55,877 nt of DNA. Source: Candidatus Fraserbacteria bacterium. GTDB taxonomy: Bacteria; Bipolaricaulota; Bipolaricaulia; RBG-16-55-9. Positions 43,289 through 53,318 of this stretch are shown here, piece by piece. Each line of letters begins with the position of its first letter. Within the stretch, counting starts at the first letter, position 1. The stretch covers positions 1-55,877 of the forward strand of contig JBBIPG010000006.1 in assembly GCA_037442925.1 (NCBI GenBank), in the 5' to 3' direction. Both the position numbers and the translations under genes were made by a program. The notes beneath the pieces are model-generated. The model saw only the letters and a list, made by a program, of their open reading frames with translations, had not been told where the DNA came from and searched no databases.

Positions 43289-43492
43289 TTACTTCGCGAC
43301 GACGTTGACTGCACGCAAACCCTTGGCGTCTTGCTGGACCTCAAACTCGACTGCCTGGCCTTCGCGCAGCGACTTGTACCCTTCTCCCTTAATGCCAGAG
43401 AAGTGGACGAAGACATCGGCATCACCGCTGTCTTGCGTGATGAAGCCGAAGCCCTTGGCGTCGTTGAACCACTTGACCTTCCCAGTGGCCAT
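43289..43492 (-). CDS. cspA: Cold-shock protein
   Basis: '[15 protein letters not shown]', 'DVFVHFS'. Confidence 0.97.
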   Translation of the reverse strand: MATGKVKWFNDAKGFGFITQDSGDADVFVHFSGIKGEGYKSLREGQAVEFEVQQDAKGLRAVNVVAK

Positions 43493-43651
43493 CGATAAAC
43501 CCTCCTAGAATCTGCGTGGGATTTGACCCTCTGGCTGCTCGACCCACGTGCGACGGGTTTACCGTTGGGCACCCTGGGCGACATACCGATGAGTCAGAAC
43601 TTGGTAGGCTATACGTGTGAGTTTGCCTAGCAAGCTGCAGATGACAAAATT

Positions 43652-43680
43652 ATTATACCATGTTTAGGGCGCGTTGTCTA
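43652..43680 (-). promoter_or_regulatory. Sigma70 promoter of csp-infA, giving a ~150-nt 5' UTR
   Basis: TAGACA-17 nt-TATAAT with a TGn extension. Confidence 0.7.
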
Positions 43681-43763
43681 GTACCAGCTTCAAACTTGTT
43701 GCCATCCGCCCATAACTGCGACACAAAGCACTGAACAGCTGGACACGGGCAATGGGCACGAGA

Positions 43764-43793
43764 TTGACAGCCCCTCACGAGACCCCATACAAT
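43764..43793 (+). promoter_or_regulatory. Sigma70 promoter of the OMP operon
   Basis: TTGACA-18 nt-TACAAT. Confidence 0.65.
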
Positions 43794-43816
43794 GCATCCA
43801 AGGGGGGAATGCAGCG

Positions 43817-44821
43817 ATGGGGATGGCAAAGATTATTCATCTACTACTGGTCACAGCTGTTGTGGTGCTCTTTCTGGGCTCGGTGAGCGAGGCTCAACCC
43901 ATTAAACCCGTCTTCACAAGCACAAGCCTGGATGGCCAACTGATCGGCCTAGAAACAGATCTGCAGTTTGGGATCTGGAAGCCGATAGCAGCCCTGGCGT
44001 ACGGACTCGAAAGTAGACACGTTCGTTACAAAGCGGGTCTTATGCTGGCGATGGGGTTTGATCTTCCCGGTCTCGGACAGAGACTGGGAGATTTCCGCGC
44101 CGCGCTGGTCGATTGGCCCGACAGCCCCATCTTGGGAAGAGAGGGCCAAAGCGGCATTGAAGTAGGCTGGCGTCTGGGAAACACGCAGTTTTCCGGCTTC
44201 TGGGGGACACTCTGGCCACGGGAAGATGAAGCTCCTCAGATTCAATACCTTTCGATTGAGACATTCGATTCCTATCCCTTGCCCTTCGATCTTCAGCTGA
44301 GCAGTTCCTCCCACATGATCGTCGGCATGGTGTTGGCAGATGAGCCTGAGCGCAAGCTCTTCCAATCGATGACGCGCACGCTCACATTGAGCATGGGAGA
44401 CCTTCGCCTGAGCGGGCGTCTGGGGATGCTGGAGAATGAAGCCCAACTGGAAGGCTTTGAGTTCACTACGGGAGTAAAAGGCATCACTCAATCACTCAAG
44501 GGAACCGAGTTCTGGAATGTGACCCTGGAGCGTACGTTCCCCATGTACGAGAGCGCCGTCGCTCTGCCTGTCCCGCCCGATCTCGCGCAGTTCCTGCCTG
44601 CCTCTCTACCCGTGGGGCTCCGAGGAGCCTTCTTCGTCCAGGCGGGTGGGGCAACACACAAGAAGAACCCAGAAGTAAGTAATGGTGCTACGAACGAGTT
44701 GGAGACGGAGATGCTGTTCAGCTGGGGAATCTCTGCCACGTTTTCCATCTCTGAGCTTCGCATTCAGACAGAGCTGATCTTCACCCAAGACGGTGAGACG
44801 AGATTCAACTTCGGCTTCTAA
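43817..44821 (+). CDS. Putative outer-membrane beta-barrel protein
   Basis: Signal peptide, amphipathic beta-strand pattern, terminal Phe (RFNFGF). Confidence 0.6.
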   Translation: MGMAKIIHLLLVTAVVVLFLGSVSEAQPIKPVFTSTSLDGQLIGLETDLQFGIWKPIAALAYGLESRHVRYKAGLMLAMGFDLPGLGQRLGDFRAALVDWPDSPILGREGQSGIEVGWRLGNTQFSGFWGTLWPREDEAPQIQYLSIETFDSYPLPFDLQLSSSSHMIVGMVLADEPERKLFQSMTRTLTLSMGDLRLSGRLGMLENEAQLEGFEFTTGVKGITQSLKGTEFWNVTLERTFPMYESAVALPVPPDLAQFLPASLPVGLRGAFFVQAGGATHKKNPEVSNGATNELETEMLFSWGISATFSISELRIQTELIFTQDGETRFNFGF

Positions 44822-44849
44822 GTACAAAGTGAGGGGGGAGACGAACACG

Positions 44850-47645
44850 ATGAAATCCACGCGCACACCAGTGATCTCATTCATGTTGGTCGTAACGCTA
44901 CTGGGTGGGCTGAGTCTGCCATCCTCAGGACAGATCTTTGGCCTACCGGCCTTCGATCCGAAACTGGAGTGGCAGACGCTGGAGACGGAACACTTCCGGA
45001 TTCATTTCCATCAGGGACTGGAAGGCGTGGCTCACGAAGCGGCGCTCATTGCGGAGGAGTCTTATCAGATCATTAAAGATGAATTCGGGCAAGCACCCGC
45101 AAAGCTCGATCTGTTCTTCGTGGACGCCTTCGATTTCTCCAACGGCTTTTCCAACCCGATCGCCGATCAAGTCGGGATCTTCACCTCGCAATATCGCCTC
45201 TCCGACTGGAGCAACATGAGGCTCGATTCCTGGTGGCGTATGGTCATCTTTCACGAGTTGGTGCATGCCGTTGATCTCGACCAGACGCGGGGTATCTCGC
45301 AAGTGTTGCGCGCGATCTTCGGGAAGATCGTACTGCCGAACCTCATGAAACCCGTGCCCTTCATGGAGGGCTTGGCCGTCTACGAGAAGTACAAACATCT
45401 GGGTGAATCGCGCCTCAACGACTCCCGAACACGCATGGTGATTCGCCAGATGGTTCTTGACAATCAGCTCCCCAGCTTTGATGAGATCCAGGGTGCCTAC
45501 GACCGCTCCGAGTGGCCTTCTGTGGGACTGCTCTGGTACAACTACGGGTCTTGGCTCATGCGCTACGTTGAGGAGAAGTATGGGGAAGATGCCCTGGCGA
45601 AGTTCGACGCAGCCAATGCGCAGAAACCCTTAAATCTCTTATCGTTCAATGGTCTTGGCTTCGGAGAGAACCTCGACAACGTGCTGGAAGAAGCTGTGGG
45701 CGTACCGACCGATGAGTTGTATCAAGGATTTCGGATGTGGCTGCGAGAGCAGTTCAGTCCCGAGATCGAAAAAATTCAAGGGGAGAATCTGACGGGAGCT
45801 GTACGAGTAAGCACGCTGGGGTTCAACACAGCAAAGCCGGCTTGGTCACCTGACGGCAAGTGGATCGCATACAGGCACAGTGGGCCCGGTCGCGCGGGTT
45901 TACGACTCATCACCCCGCAAGGCGAAGAAGACCGCGAGATCGTCCCCGGAGGCACGGCGTCTTACCCCGCTTGGTCGCCCGATAGCAAGTCGCTCGTCTA
46001 TTCCAAACTCGACTATGACAGCCCCTACTATATTCGGAATGACCTCTATCGCTACAATCTGGAGACGGAGCGTGAGGAGCGGCTGACCTGGGGCGAGCGG
46101 GCCTACTACGCCAAGTTCTCTCCCGACGGCCAGAAGATCTATTACGCCAAGAATATCGGGCGCGACGGGAGCACCGCTCTGGCCGTGCTGGACCTTAAGA
46201 CCCGCGAAATTCGTACCATCAAAGAATTCCCGGATAACACAGGCATTATTCATTCCTTCGCGCTCTCTCCCGATGGGCAACAGATCGCACTCGCCATCTG
46301 GCGACGCGGCGGATATCAAGACATTTACCTCATGCCGACGGTTGGTGGAGAGCTTACGCCCATTACTCAAGACAAGAATCAAGACTCTGATCCCACCTGG
46401 TCGCCCGATGGGAAGTACATTCTCTTTAGCTCAGACCCGGATCGTATCTACAACCTCTATGCCTATCGATTGGAAGACGCAATACGATTCCGAGTGACGA
46501 ACATGCTGACGGGGGCCTTCTACCCCACAATCTCCCCAGATGGCAAAGAACTCGCTTTCGAGAGTTACTCCAGCCAAGGCTACGACGTCTATCGCATGTC
46601 GTTCGATCCGCAAACCTGGAAACCTGTAGAATTCTCGAAAGAGACCATCCCGGCGTGGAAGGGTTACCCCACCACGCAATACCCTATTCGACCTTACAAT
46701 CCCTGGCCGCTTCTGCTGCCCAAGTTCTGGTTGCCCACACCTTTGCCGGGAGGCGCAGGCATAGTGACGGCGGGCTTCGACCCGCTCTTTAGGCACATCT
46801 ACAGTGTAGTCGCAGGTTGGGACTTCATGGCGAACGTGCCCTTCTACATGCTCTCCTACACCAACAATGAGTTCGTCCCGGTCACGTTTTATGCAAATGG
46901 AGAGGCCTCCGGAAGCAGTCACGGCTTGAGCGCTTCCGTGCCACTTTCGCTCTCTCTCGACCGCCAGCAATGGCTTGAGATCGGGTATGAACGATCTCAG
47001 CGAGAACTCAAGGACGAAACCGAGCGACCCGGTGTTCCACTCACCCTGCAAACCCTCTCTGGATCATACCGCTTCACCCAAGGGAGACAGCAGGATCTCT
47101 TCGGCAACCTACTGCAACTCTCCGTGAGCGGCGCGCTGACTCATGTTGCAGAGAGCAATGAGTGGCGTAAAACGTTTGTGCTCAACTGGCGAGAAGCATT
47201 TCGCCTGCCCATTCAAACCTCTCAGCTTGTGACTCTTCGGTTTGTGGGCGGCTGGACGGACGCCAAAGAAGAAGATGTTCAGTTTAAGTTGGGTGGACCC
47301 TACGGACAGTTCGTGCTGCGGGGCTTTGAGATGGAGGCTTTCACAGGCAAGCAAGCCATATCGGCGGGAGTGCAGTATGACTTCCCGCTCTTCTCCATCG
47401 ATCGGGGGCTGGGCCGCTGGCCCTTCTTCTTCGATGATCTCGGAGCCCATCTCTTCGTGGATGCGGGGATGGCCGGGGACCGCTTGCGCTTGCAAGAGGT
47501 CAAGTTGGGGTTCGGTGTGGAGCTTCAGCTCTCGTTCACGTTGGGATACTTTGAGCAGTTGGGGTTGATCGTAGGAGTAGCTCAGGGACTGGGCCAATCC
47601 CAGCCGGTCTTCTACCTCAACGCCGCGATCCCAGGGCTCTTCTAG
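44850..47645 (+). CDS. Exported zincin + PD40/TolB-like propeller + Omp85/BamA-like barrel protein
   Basis: 'IFHELVH...EG' zinc motif, repeated WSPDG, C-terminal 'LGG..LRGF...FVDAG'. Confidence 0.8.
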   Translation: MKSTRTPVISFMLVVTLLGGLSLPSSGQIFGLPAFDPKLEWQTLETEHFRIHFHQGLEGVAHEAALIAEESYQIIKDEFGQAPAKLDLFFVDAFDFSNGFSNPIADQVGIFTSQYRLSDWSNMRLDSWWRMVIFHELVHAVDLDQTRGISQVLRAIFGKIVLPNLMKPVPFMEGLAVYEKYKHLGESRLNDSRTRMVIRQMVLDNQLPSFDEIQGAYDRSEWPSVGLLWYNYGSWLMRYVEEKYGEDALAKFDAANAQKPLNLLSFNGLGFGENLDNVLEEAVGVPTDELYQGFRMWLREQFSPEIEKIQGENLTGAVRVSTLGFNTAKPAWSPDGKWIAYRHSGPGRAGLRLITPQGEEDREIVPGGTASYPAWSPDSKSLVYSKLDYDSPYYIRNDLYRYNLETEREERLTWGERAYYAKFSPDGQKIYYAKNIGRDGSTALAVLDLKTREIRTIKEFPDNTGIIHSFALSPDGQQIALAIWRRGGYQDIYLMPTVGGELTPITQDKNQDSDPTWSPDGKYILFSSDPDRIYNLYAYRLEDAIRFRVTNMLTGAFYPTISPDGKELAFESYSSQGYDVYRMSFDPQTWKPVEFSKETIPAWKGYPTTQYPIRPYNPWPLLLPKFWLPTPLPGGAGIVTAGFDPLFRHIYSVVAGWDFMANVPFYMLSYTNNEFVPVTFYANGEASGSSHGLSASVPLSLSLDRQQWLEIGYERSQRELKDETERPGVPLTLQTLSGSYRFTQGRQQDLFGNLLQLSVSGALTHVAESNEWRKTFVLNWREAFRLPIQTSQLVTLRFVGGWTDAKEEDVQFKLGGPYGQFVLRGFEMEAFTGKQAISAGVQYDFPLFSIDRGLGRWPFFFDDLGAHLFVDAGMAGDRLRLQEVKLGFGVELQLSFTLGYFEQLGLIVGVAQGLGQSQPVFYLNAAIPGLF

Positions 47646-47650
47646 CCGAT

Positions 47651-48214
47651 ATGCGTTGGACGCTGGCCAGTGGCATCACCCTCGCTCGCTTGCTGTTCTT
47701 ACCACCGATCATCTTGTTATTGCTGACGGGTCAGCGCTGGATCGCTTTTGGGTTACTGCTCATCGTGCTGGGAGGGGATCTAGTTGACGGGGCGCTGGCG
47801 CGGTTGAGAGCTGAAGTGACAGAGCTGGGAAAACTGCTCGACCCCCTCGTGGACAAGATCGTATTCCTCGCACTCTTTGCGGCACTCGTCTGGATCGGAG
47901 ATCTCCCTTGGTTGGCGCTGGCGCTCCTGGCGATCTTGCAGGTCGGGATCGTCTTCGGAGCGCTCGTCTGGCTAAGGCGAAGGCAGAATGCGCCTGCGGC
48001 TCGACTATGGGGCAAGGTCGCTTCATTTGTGCTATCGCTGGGCTTGCTCGCTGCATTTCTTCATACGGAGTTGCAGTTTCCCTACTATGATGAATTGGTG
48101 TACGCCGGCATTGCCCTGGCCTATCTTGCTGGAATCGACTATCTTCTCAGTTATCTTCGAGCAATGAAAGCCCCTCTAAATAAGACCGAAATTCGGGCGG
48201 GGCAGGAGCGCTGA
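47651..48214 (+). CDS. pgsA: CDP-alcohol phosphatidyltransferase (PgsA-like)
   Basis: 'DLVDGALAR...TELGKLLDPLVDK'. Confidence 0.9.
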   Translation: MRWTLASGITLARLLFLPPIILLLLTGQRWIAFGLLLIVLGGDLVDGALARLRAEVTELGKLLDPLVDKIVFLALFAALVWIGDLPWLALALLAILQVGIVFGALVWLRRRQNAPAARLWGKVASFVLSLGLLAAFLHTELQFPYYDELVYAGIALAYLAGIDYLLSYLRAMKAPLNKTEIRAGQER

Positions 48215-49082
48215 ACTCGAGTCGTTGGCCGGTCTGAGGGTGCGTGAGACGAAGCTTCCAGGCGTGCAGCATCAACCGTTCCGCAGACTTGCTTCGGTTC
48301 TTTCGTCCATAGAGGGAATCCCCTACAATGGGATGACCGATGGCCGTAAGATGCACCCGAATCTGATGCGTGCGGCCGGTGTGAGGGCTCACCCGGAGCA
48401 ACGTCGTGTCTTTCAGGCGCTTAAGCACGCGAAACTCTGTGATCGCCGGTCGACCTCCACGCTCTCGTACTCCCATGCGTTGGCGATGATGCAAGTCCCG
48501 CCCGATGGGAGCTTCAATGCGACCCTCGTCTTCTTCCACGCACCCATGAACGACGGCGAGATACGTCTTGTGAATGTGGCGATCCTTAAATTGCCGAATC
48601 AGATCGTAATACGCCATATCACTCTTGGCGAAGACGATCACGCCGCTGGTCTCTTTGTCCAGACGGTGGACAACGCCGGGACGCTCGGGAGCTCCTACGC
48701 CGGACAGCGTGCGAGCGTGGAGCAATCCCTGAACGAGAGTGCCTCGGCGGTTTCCCGCTGCCGGGTAGACGACAACGCCGGAAGGTTTATTGAGAACGGC
48801 AAGATCCTCATCCTCATAGAGGATGGATAGTTCCATCTCTTCTGGTTCGAGAGAGCAAGGTTCTTCAGGCAAGATGTGGATTTCCACTCTCGCTCCTTCG
48901 ATGAGCGGGGCACTGGGCTTGGCCGGCTGGCCATTCACGGTCACGTGACCCTCGCGAATGAGCTTCTGGATACGGCTGCGGGAAAGCTCCGGCAAATGGA
49001 GACAGAGCCAACGGTCCAACCGCTGACCCTCACTCTCCGGTGGCACAATCCATTTCGTTGATCTCATAGACTCCCATCCCAC
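48147..49082 (-). CDS. RluA/RluD family pseudouridine synthase
   Basis: S4 domain, 'HRLDKETSG', 'TGRTHQIRVH', 'GHPIVGD'. Confidence 0.95.
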   Translation of the reverse strand: MGWESMRSTKWIVPPESEGQRLDRWLCLHLPELSRSRIQKLIREGHVTVNGQPAKPSAPLIEGARVEIHILPEEPCSLEPEEMELSILYEDEDLAVLNKPSGVVVYPAAGNRRGTLVQGLLHARTLSGVGAPERPGVVHRLDKETSGVIVFAKSDMAYYDLIRQFKDRHIHKTYLAVVHGCVEEDEGRIEAPIGRDLHHRQRMGVRERGGRPAITEFRVLKRLKDTTLLRVSPHTGRTHQIRVHLTAIGHPIVGDSLYGRKNRSKSAERLMLHAWKLRLTHPQTGQRLEFSAPAPPEFRSYLEGLSLLEDN

Positions 49083-49397
49083 TCTAGCAGCACGGCTGCG
49101 ATTATACCGCGCCTACATCGTCAAGTCCTTGGCGTTCATCAGACAACTGACTTTCTCCTCCCCGGCACCTCAGAATTGATCTTTGAGGAATTTCGAGTAT
49201 AATGAAGATCCGGTGTAGTATGGCGAACCGAGAAGATCTAACTGAGACGACAGAGGAAGTTGCCCCAGCCGCGGAGAGTAGAAGGCATCGGCTTGTGTGG
49301 CAGCTCCCATTTCCGTTCTCCACCGTCCGAAGCTCACCTGAGTGTAACCCTTCCTAGGGTCCAGAGCCCTCATGGCACAAGGAGCCGTGATGAAACG

Positions 49398-50378
49398 ATG
49401 AATGTCGAGTTCTTGGAAGCGTTGGAAGAGATGGCGAAGGAAGAAGGCATCGAGCGCGAGGAGCTCTATGAGGCCGTCAAGAAAGGCCTGGCCGTGGCCT
49501 ATATGGAGAAATTCGGCCCCGTCGAGAAGCTCGAGGTCGAAATCGACCACAGCTCCGGTGACATCACGATCGTTGCCGATGGGAAATCGGTGGATTTTGA
49601 TCTCTCGCGGCTGGGCCGCATCGCCACCCGTCGTGCGGAGGAGACCATCCGCCAAGAGATCGTCAAGCACCGCCGCCAGACGATCTATGAACGCTACCAC
49701 GCCCGCGTGGGGGAACTCATCAACGGCAGTGTTCACCGGTTTGAGGGCCGCAATGTCTGGCTCAACTTAGGGCAGGCGGAAGCCCTCCTCTCCGAAGAGG
49801 AGCGCATCCCAGGAGAGCATTATCGGCCCGGCCAGGTCTTGCGCACGTATCTCTTTCGCGTGGAAGAGACACAAGGAGATCCGCGGATTCTTGTTTCCCG
49901 TGCTCACAAAGAATTCGTGCGACAGCTTCTGAAACTAGAGGTTCCGGAGATCGAGAAGGGGCTTGTCGAGATCGTGGCCATCGCCCGCGAGCCCGGCGTG
50001 CGCAGCAAAGTGGCCGTACGCGCGCGCGCTCCGGAGATCGAACCCGTGGGAACATGCGTGGGCGCCTCCGGCTCGCGGGTCCGCGAGGTGGTCAAGGAAC
50101 TCTCCGGGGAGAAGATCGATATCATCCGGTGGAGTGATGACCTACGGGAGTTGATTAAGAACAGCTTGGAACCGGCTTCCGTAATCCGCATGGAGCTGGA
50201 TGAGGCGACCAAAGAAGCTCTGGTGGTCGTCCCCGACGATGAGCTGAGTCTGGCCATCGGCAAGGGCGGGCAAAACGTGCGACTCACGGCCAAGCTCAGC
50301 GGCTGGAACATCGAGGTCACAAGCCCAGAGGAGCTCGAAGAACAAACGATTCCTTCCGAAGAAGTCGTCCGGGAATGA
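49398..50378 (+). CDS. nusA: Transcription factor NusA
   Basis: 'LGRIA', S1 domain, 'AREPGVRSKVAV', 'GEKIDII', 'LSLAIGKGGQNVRL'; start at MNVEFLEAL. Confidence 0.95.
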   Translation: MNVEFLEALEEMAKEEGIEREELYEAVKKGLAVAYMEKFGPVEKLEVEIDHSSGDITIVADGKSVDFDLSRLGRIATRRAEETIRQEIVKHRRQTIYERYHARVGELINGSVHRFEGRNVWLNLGQAEALLSEEERIPGEHYRPGQVLRTYLFRVEETQGDPRILVSRAHKEFVRQLLKLEVPEIEKGLVEIVAIAREPGVRSKVAVRARAPEIEPVGTCVGASGSRVREVVKELSGEKIDIIRWSDDLRELIKNSLEPASVIRMELDEATKEALVVVPDDELSLAIGKGGQNVRLTAKLSGWNIEVTSPEELEEQTIPSEEVVRE

Positions 50379-50387
50379 AGTGGCCGC

Positions 50388-53225
50388 ATGCGGCAACACG
50401 TGCTTCTTCGCCTATATCAGCTGACCCGCTATTATGCCTGGTGGGTACTGATCATCACCCTGGCGCTGGCCATTCTAGCACTCGTCTCTCTTCGAGATCT
50501 AAAGCTCGATAGCTCCTACCAGAAGCTCCTGCCTCGCAACGACCCCACGTGGGAGAAGTTCGATAAACAGCAAGCGTCTCTCCAGGAGTCGGAATCGATC
50601 ACCATCTTACTTACTCTCTCATCGCCACCGTCCCTGCCCGGTGGAGGAGTCGCTCAACTCCTCGCCGCAGCTCAGCGCATTCAAGACGCCCTGTCGCACA
50701 GGGACGAGATCGCTTCCGTGAGCTATCGACAGACCGCGTCTCCACCGCCTTCCCTGCCGAACCTCTTGTACTTCAACGAGGAAAGCATGCAGGCGTTGAA
50801 GGAGCGGATCTCCCAGCTGCAGGGGGCTGTGGAGTCTCCGACGCTACTGACAGGACAGACGCGGCCTCTCGACAGGGTTTATGCAGACATCACGGCAGGT
50901 CTTCAGAAGCTCTTCAGCGGTCTGGCCGTTCTGAACCCGCAAGAACTGGCCGAGGCGCTTCAGCAGATCGGTACGACGCGGGATGAGCTTAGAGAGCTCA
51001 ATCAACGAGTCGAAGAGGTCTTGCAGAAGCTGCCCACAGAGCTTCCCAAGATGGAGCAGCACGTGGACGAACTCGCTCAACTGACGAGCACCTGGCAGAG
51101 TGCCTTGCAGCCCTCTCCACGCCGAAGCCAACAAGATTATCTGCTCTCCAAAGATCAACAGGCGCTGCTGGTTCAGGTTTGGCCACGGCAGGCATCACGA
51201 ATCAGTTTGGACTACAACCGTCGGATCACCCACATGGTGCGGGATACTCTCTCGTCGCTGGATCTGGAGTCGCAAGGGGTTCGCTGGGGACTGCGAGGGC
51301 CCTACGTCTTCAGCACGGAATCCGATGATGCCCTACGCAGAGATATGGAGCGGACGGCGCTCATCACCCATGTTGGGGTGCTGCTGCTGTTCATTCTTGT
51401 CTTGAAGCGCGTCTTCTATCCGCTGCTCGCCATGCTGCCCATCTTGATGGCTCTGATTCTCACTCTGGTAGGAGCCAAGCTCGCCTTTGGTGGGCTGAAT
51501 CTGCTTACGGCCTTCTTACCGGCGATTGTGCTGGGCATGGGGATCGACTATGGGATTCAGTTTGTCAGCCACTACATTGAGGAGCGCGGTCGCTCGCGTC
51601 GCATTGCGCCCGCCCTGCGGGCCACCCTTTTGACCAAAGGCAACGCCATGCTCATTGCTGCCAGCGCGACGTCGCTGGTGCTGATTGGCCTCGGTGTGGT
51701 GTCGCGCTCCACGGGGCTTTCGGAGATGGGATTCATCATCGGATTGGGAGTATTGCTCTCGTGTCTGCTGACGTTGATGGTATTGCCTGCTCTGATTATC
51801 GCGGCTCACACGTTCTTGGGGAAGCGGTTTCGGGGGCGACCCTCCCGCCCCTGGAATCTGCGCCCGGCAGCCAACTTGTTGCTACGCGGGCGCTGGGTGG
51901 TGCTCGTCCTCGTCTTAGTAGGAAGCCTGGTGATGGCGATTCCCGCCAGTCGCGTGCAGTTTTCGTTCATTACGGAAGCGCTCATGCCGACGAAGTTGCC
52001 TGGCCAGCAAGTGACGGCGTACATCACACAACACTTCGAATTGCAACAAACCCCTGATGTCGAGAACTACTTTCTCTTTTTCCTGGAGCCGAACGAGCAG
52101 CAAGTGCGCCAGGTGGCACAGCAGTTGGATCAGCTAGAAGCCGTCGATCGCGTCACCAGCTATTACAGCTACATCCCAGATCCTGCCGAACTGGAAGGCA
52201 TCAAAGATCGGTTGCGATTGCTGCGGGCGCTCGATCCGCTCGACTGGCTTGAGAAAGCTTCTCTACAGCTTACATCGCTTCAGGAGCAATTTGCCCGCCG
52301 CCAGGCACTGAGAGTGGAACTCGCCCGCCTGGAAGAAGTGTTGGAGGACGGCCGGGAAGACGTGTTCCGATGGGATCAGGCCCTTGCGGACGAGCTGGCG
52401 TCCCTTCGGGATTCGACGTCTGCCATTCGCGCGCAGCTGGAGCAAGTGAACCCCGCACAGTTGGAGGACGAGATCCAAGTGGTGCGAGTAAAGCTCGCGG
52501 CGTTGATCGAGCAAGTGATGCCCAGCCTGCAAATGATCCCTACGCCAGAAGAGATCGATCAACTCATCCAGAACCCTCCGGCGGAGCTGCGCCGCTTCTT
52601 CTTCACCCCAGAGGGTCAGACGAAGATCTATGCACATGTGAAACCGGAATGGCTCTGGAACAGCATTCTCTATGATCAGTTTATCCGTGAGGCCTCCGCC
52701 ATCTGGGGCGACTTTTTGGGTGCTCCCATGATCCGCGCTGCCTTGGAGAATTACATGCAGCAAGATTTCTGGCGATCTACCGTGCTGGCTGTGCTCATCA
52801 TTCTGGCCGTCATGTGGCTCAACTTCCGGCGCTCGCACTCACAAGGAGCCACCTGGCTCTCGTTGGCCACCTTGGCTCTGGGATACCTCTGGATGTTGGG
52901 AACGCTTAAACTCCTCGGGATTGACTTCAATGTGGCGAATATCTTGATTTCGGCTCTGCTCATCGGTCTTGGGGTGGATAACTGCGTCTATCTGCTTCAA
53001 CGCCACCGGGATCTGGGAGGCCGTTCCATCGAGCGAGCCACGGCCTCGACGGCCCTGCCCATCGTGGCCAATGCGTTGGCTACGATGATCGGCTTTGGGA
53101 GTCTAATTCTAGCGGAGACCCCGGCGCTGCGGGTCTTGGGGGAATCGGCTGTGCTAGGCATCGGCTTTATGACACTCTTAAGCTTGACGTTCCTGCCCGC
53201 CGTGCTGGCGTTGCGCCAGCGTTGA
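50388..53225 (+). CDS. MMPL/RND family transporter
   Basis: Two TM clusters with 'GMGIDYG' and 'GLGVDNC', and long helical extracytoplasmic loops. Confidence 0.88.
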   Translation: MRQHVLLRLYQLTRYYAWWVLIITLALAILALVSLRDLKLDSSYQKLLPRNDPTWEKFDKQQASLQESESITILLTLSSPPSLPGGGVAQLLAAAQRIQDALSHRDEIASVSYRQTASPPPSLPNLLYFNEESMQALKERISQLQGAVESPTLLTGQTRPLDRVYADITAGLQKLFSGLAVLNPQELAEALQQIGTTRDELRELNQRVEEVLQKLPTELPKMEQHVDELAQLTSTWQSALQPSPRRSQQDYLLSKDQQALLVQVWPRQASRISLDYNRRITHMVRDTLSSLDLESQGVRWGLRGPYVFSTESDDALRRDMERTALITHVGVLLLFILVLKRVFYPLLAMLPILMALILTLVGAKLAFGGLNLLTAFLPAIVLGMGIDYGIQFVSHYIEERGRSRRIAPALRATLLTKGNAMLIAASATSLVLIGLGVVSRSTGLSEMGFIIGLGVLLSCLLTLMVLPALIIAAHTFLGKRFRGRPSRPWNLRPAANLLLRGRWVVLVLVLVGSLVMAIPASRVQFSFITEALMPTKLPGQQVTAYITQHFELQQTPDVENYFLFFLEPNEQQVRQVAQQLDQLEAVDRVTSYYSYIPDPAELEGIKDRLRLLRALDPLDWLEKASLQLTSLQEQFARRQALRVELARLEEVLEDGREDVFRWDQALADELASLRDSTSAIRAQLEQVNPAQLEDEIQVVRVKLAALIEQVMPSLQMIPTPEEIDQLIQNPPAELRRFFFTPEGQTKIYAHVKPEWLWNSILYDQFIREASAIWGDFLGAPMIRAALENYMQQDFWRSTVLAVLIILAVMWLNFRRSHSQGATWLSLATLALGYLWMLGTLKLLGIDFNVANILISALLIGLGVDNCVYLLQRHRDLGGRSIERATASTALPIVANALATMIGFGSLILAETPALRVLGESAVLGIGFMTLLSLTFLPAVLALRQR

Positions 53226-53318
53226 TGACTTCCCGTACCCGACGTTATAATGCGACCATGCGTGGATTGTGCAGATGGGATGGAGTGAAATCCAACGTGG
53301 GAAAGAGGTGCAAGTGGG

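Noticed and set aside
48147..48214. 68-bp convergent overlap of pgsA and the RluA gene
   Set aside because: Real, but short tail-to-tail overlaps are common and no further signal was seen.
49260..49397. N-terminal extension of NusA, or a small upstream ORF from 49220
   Set aside because: No homology or convincing RBS; NusA similarity begins at 49398.
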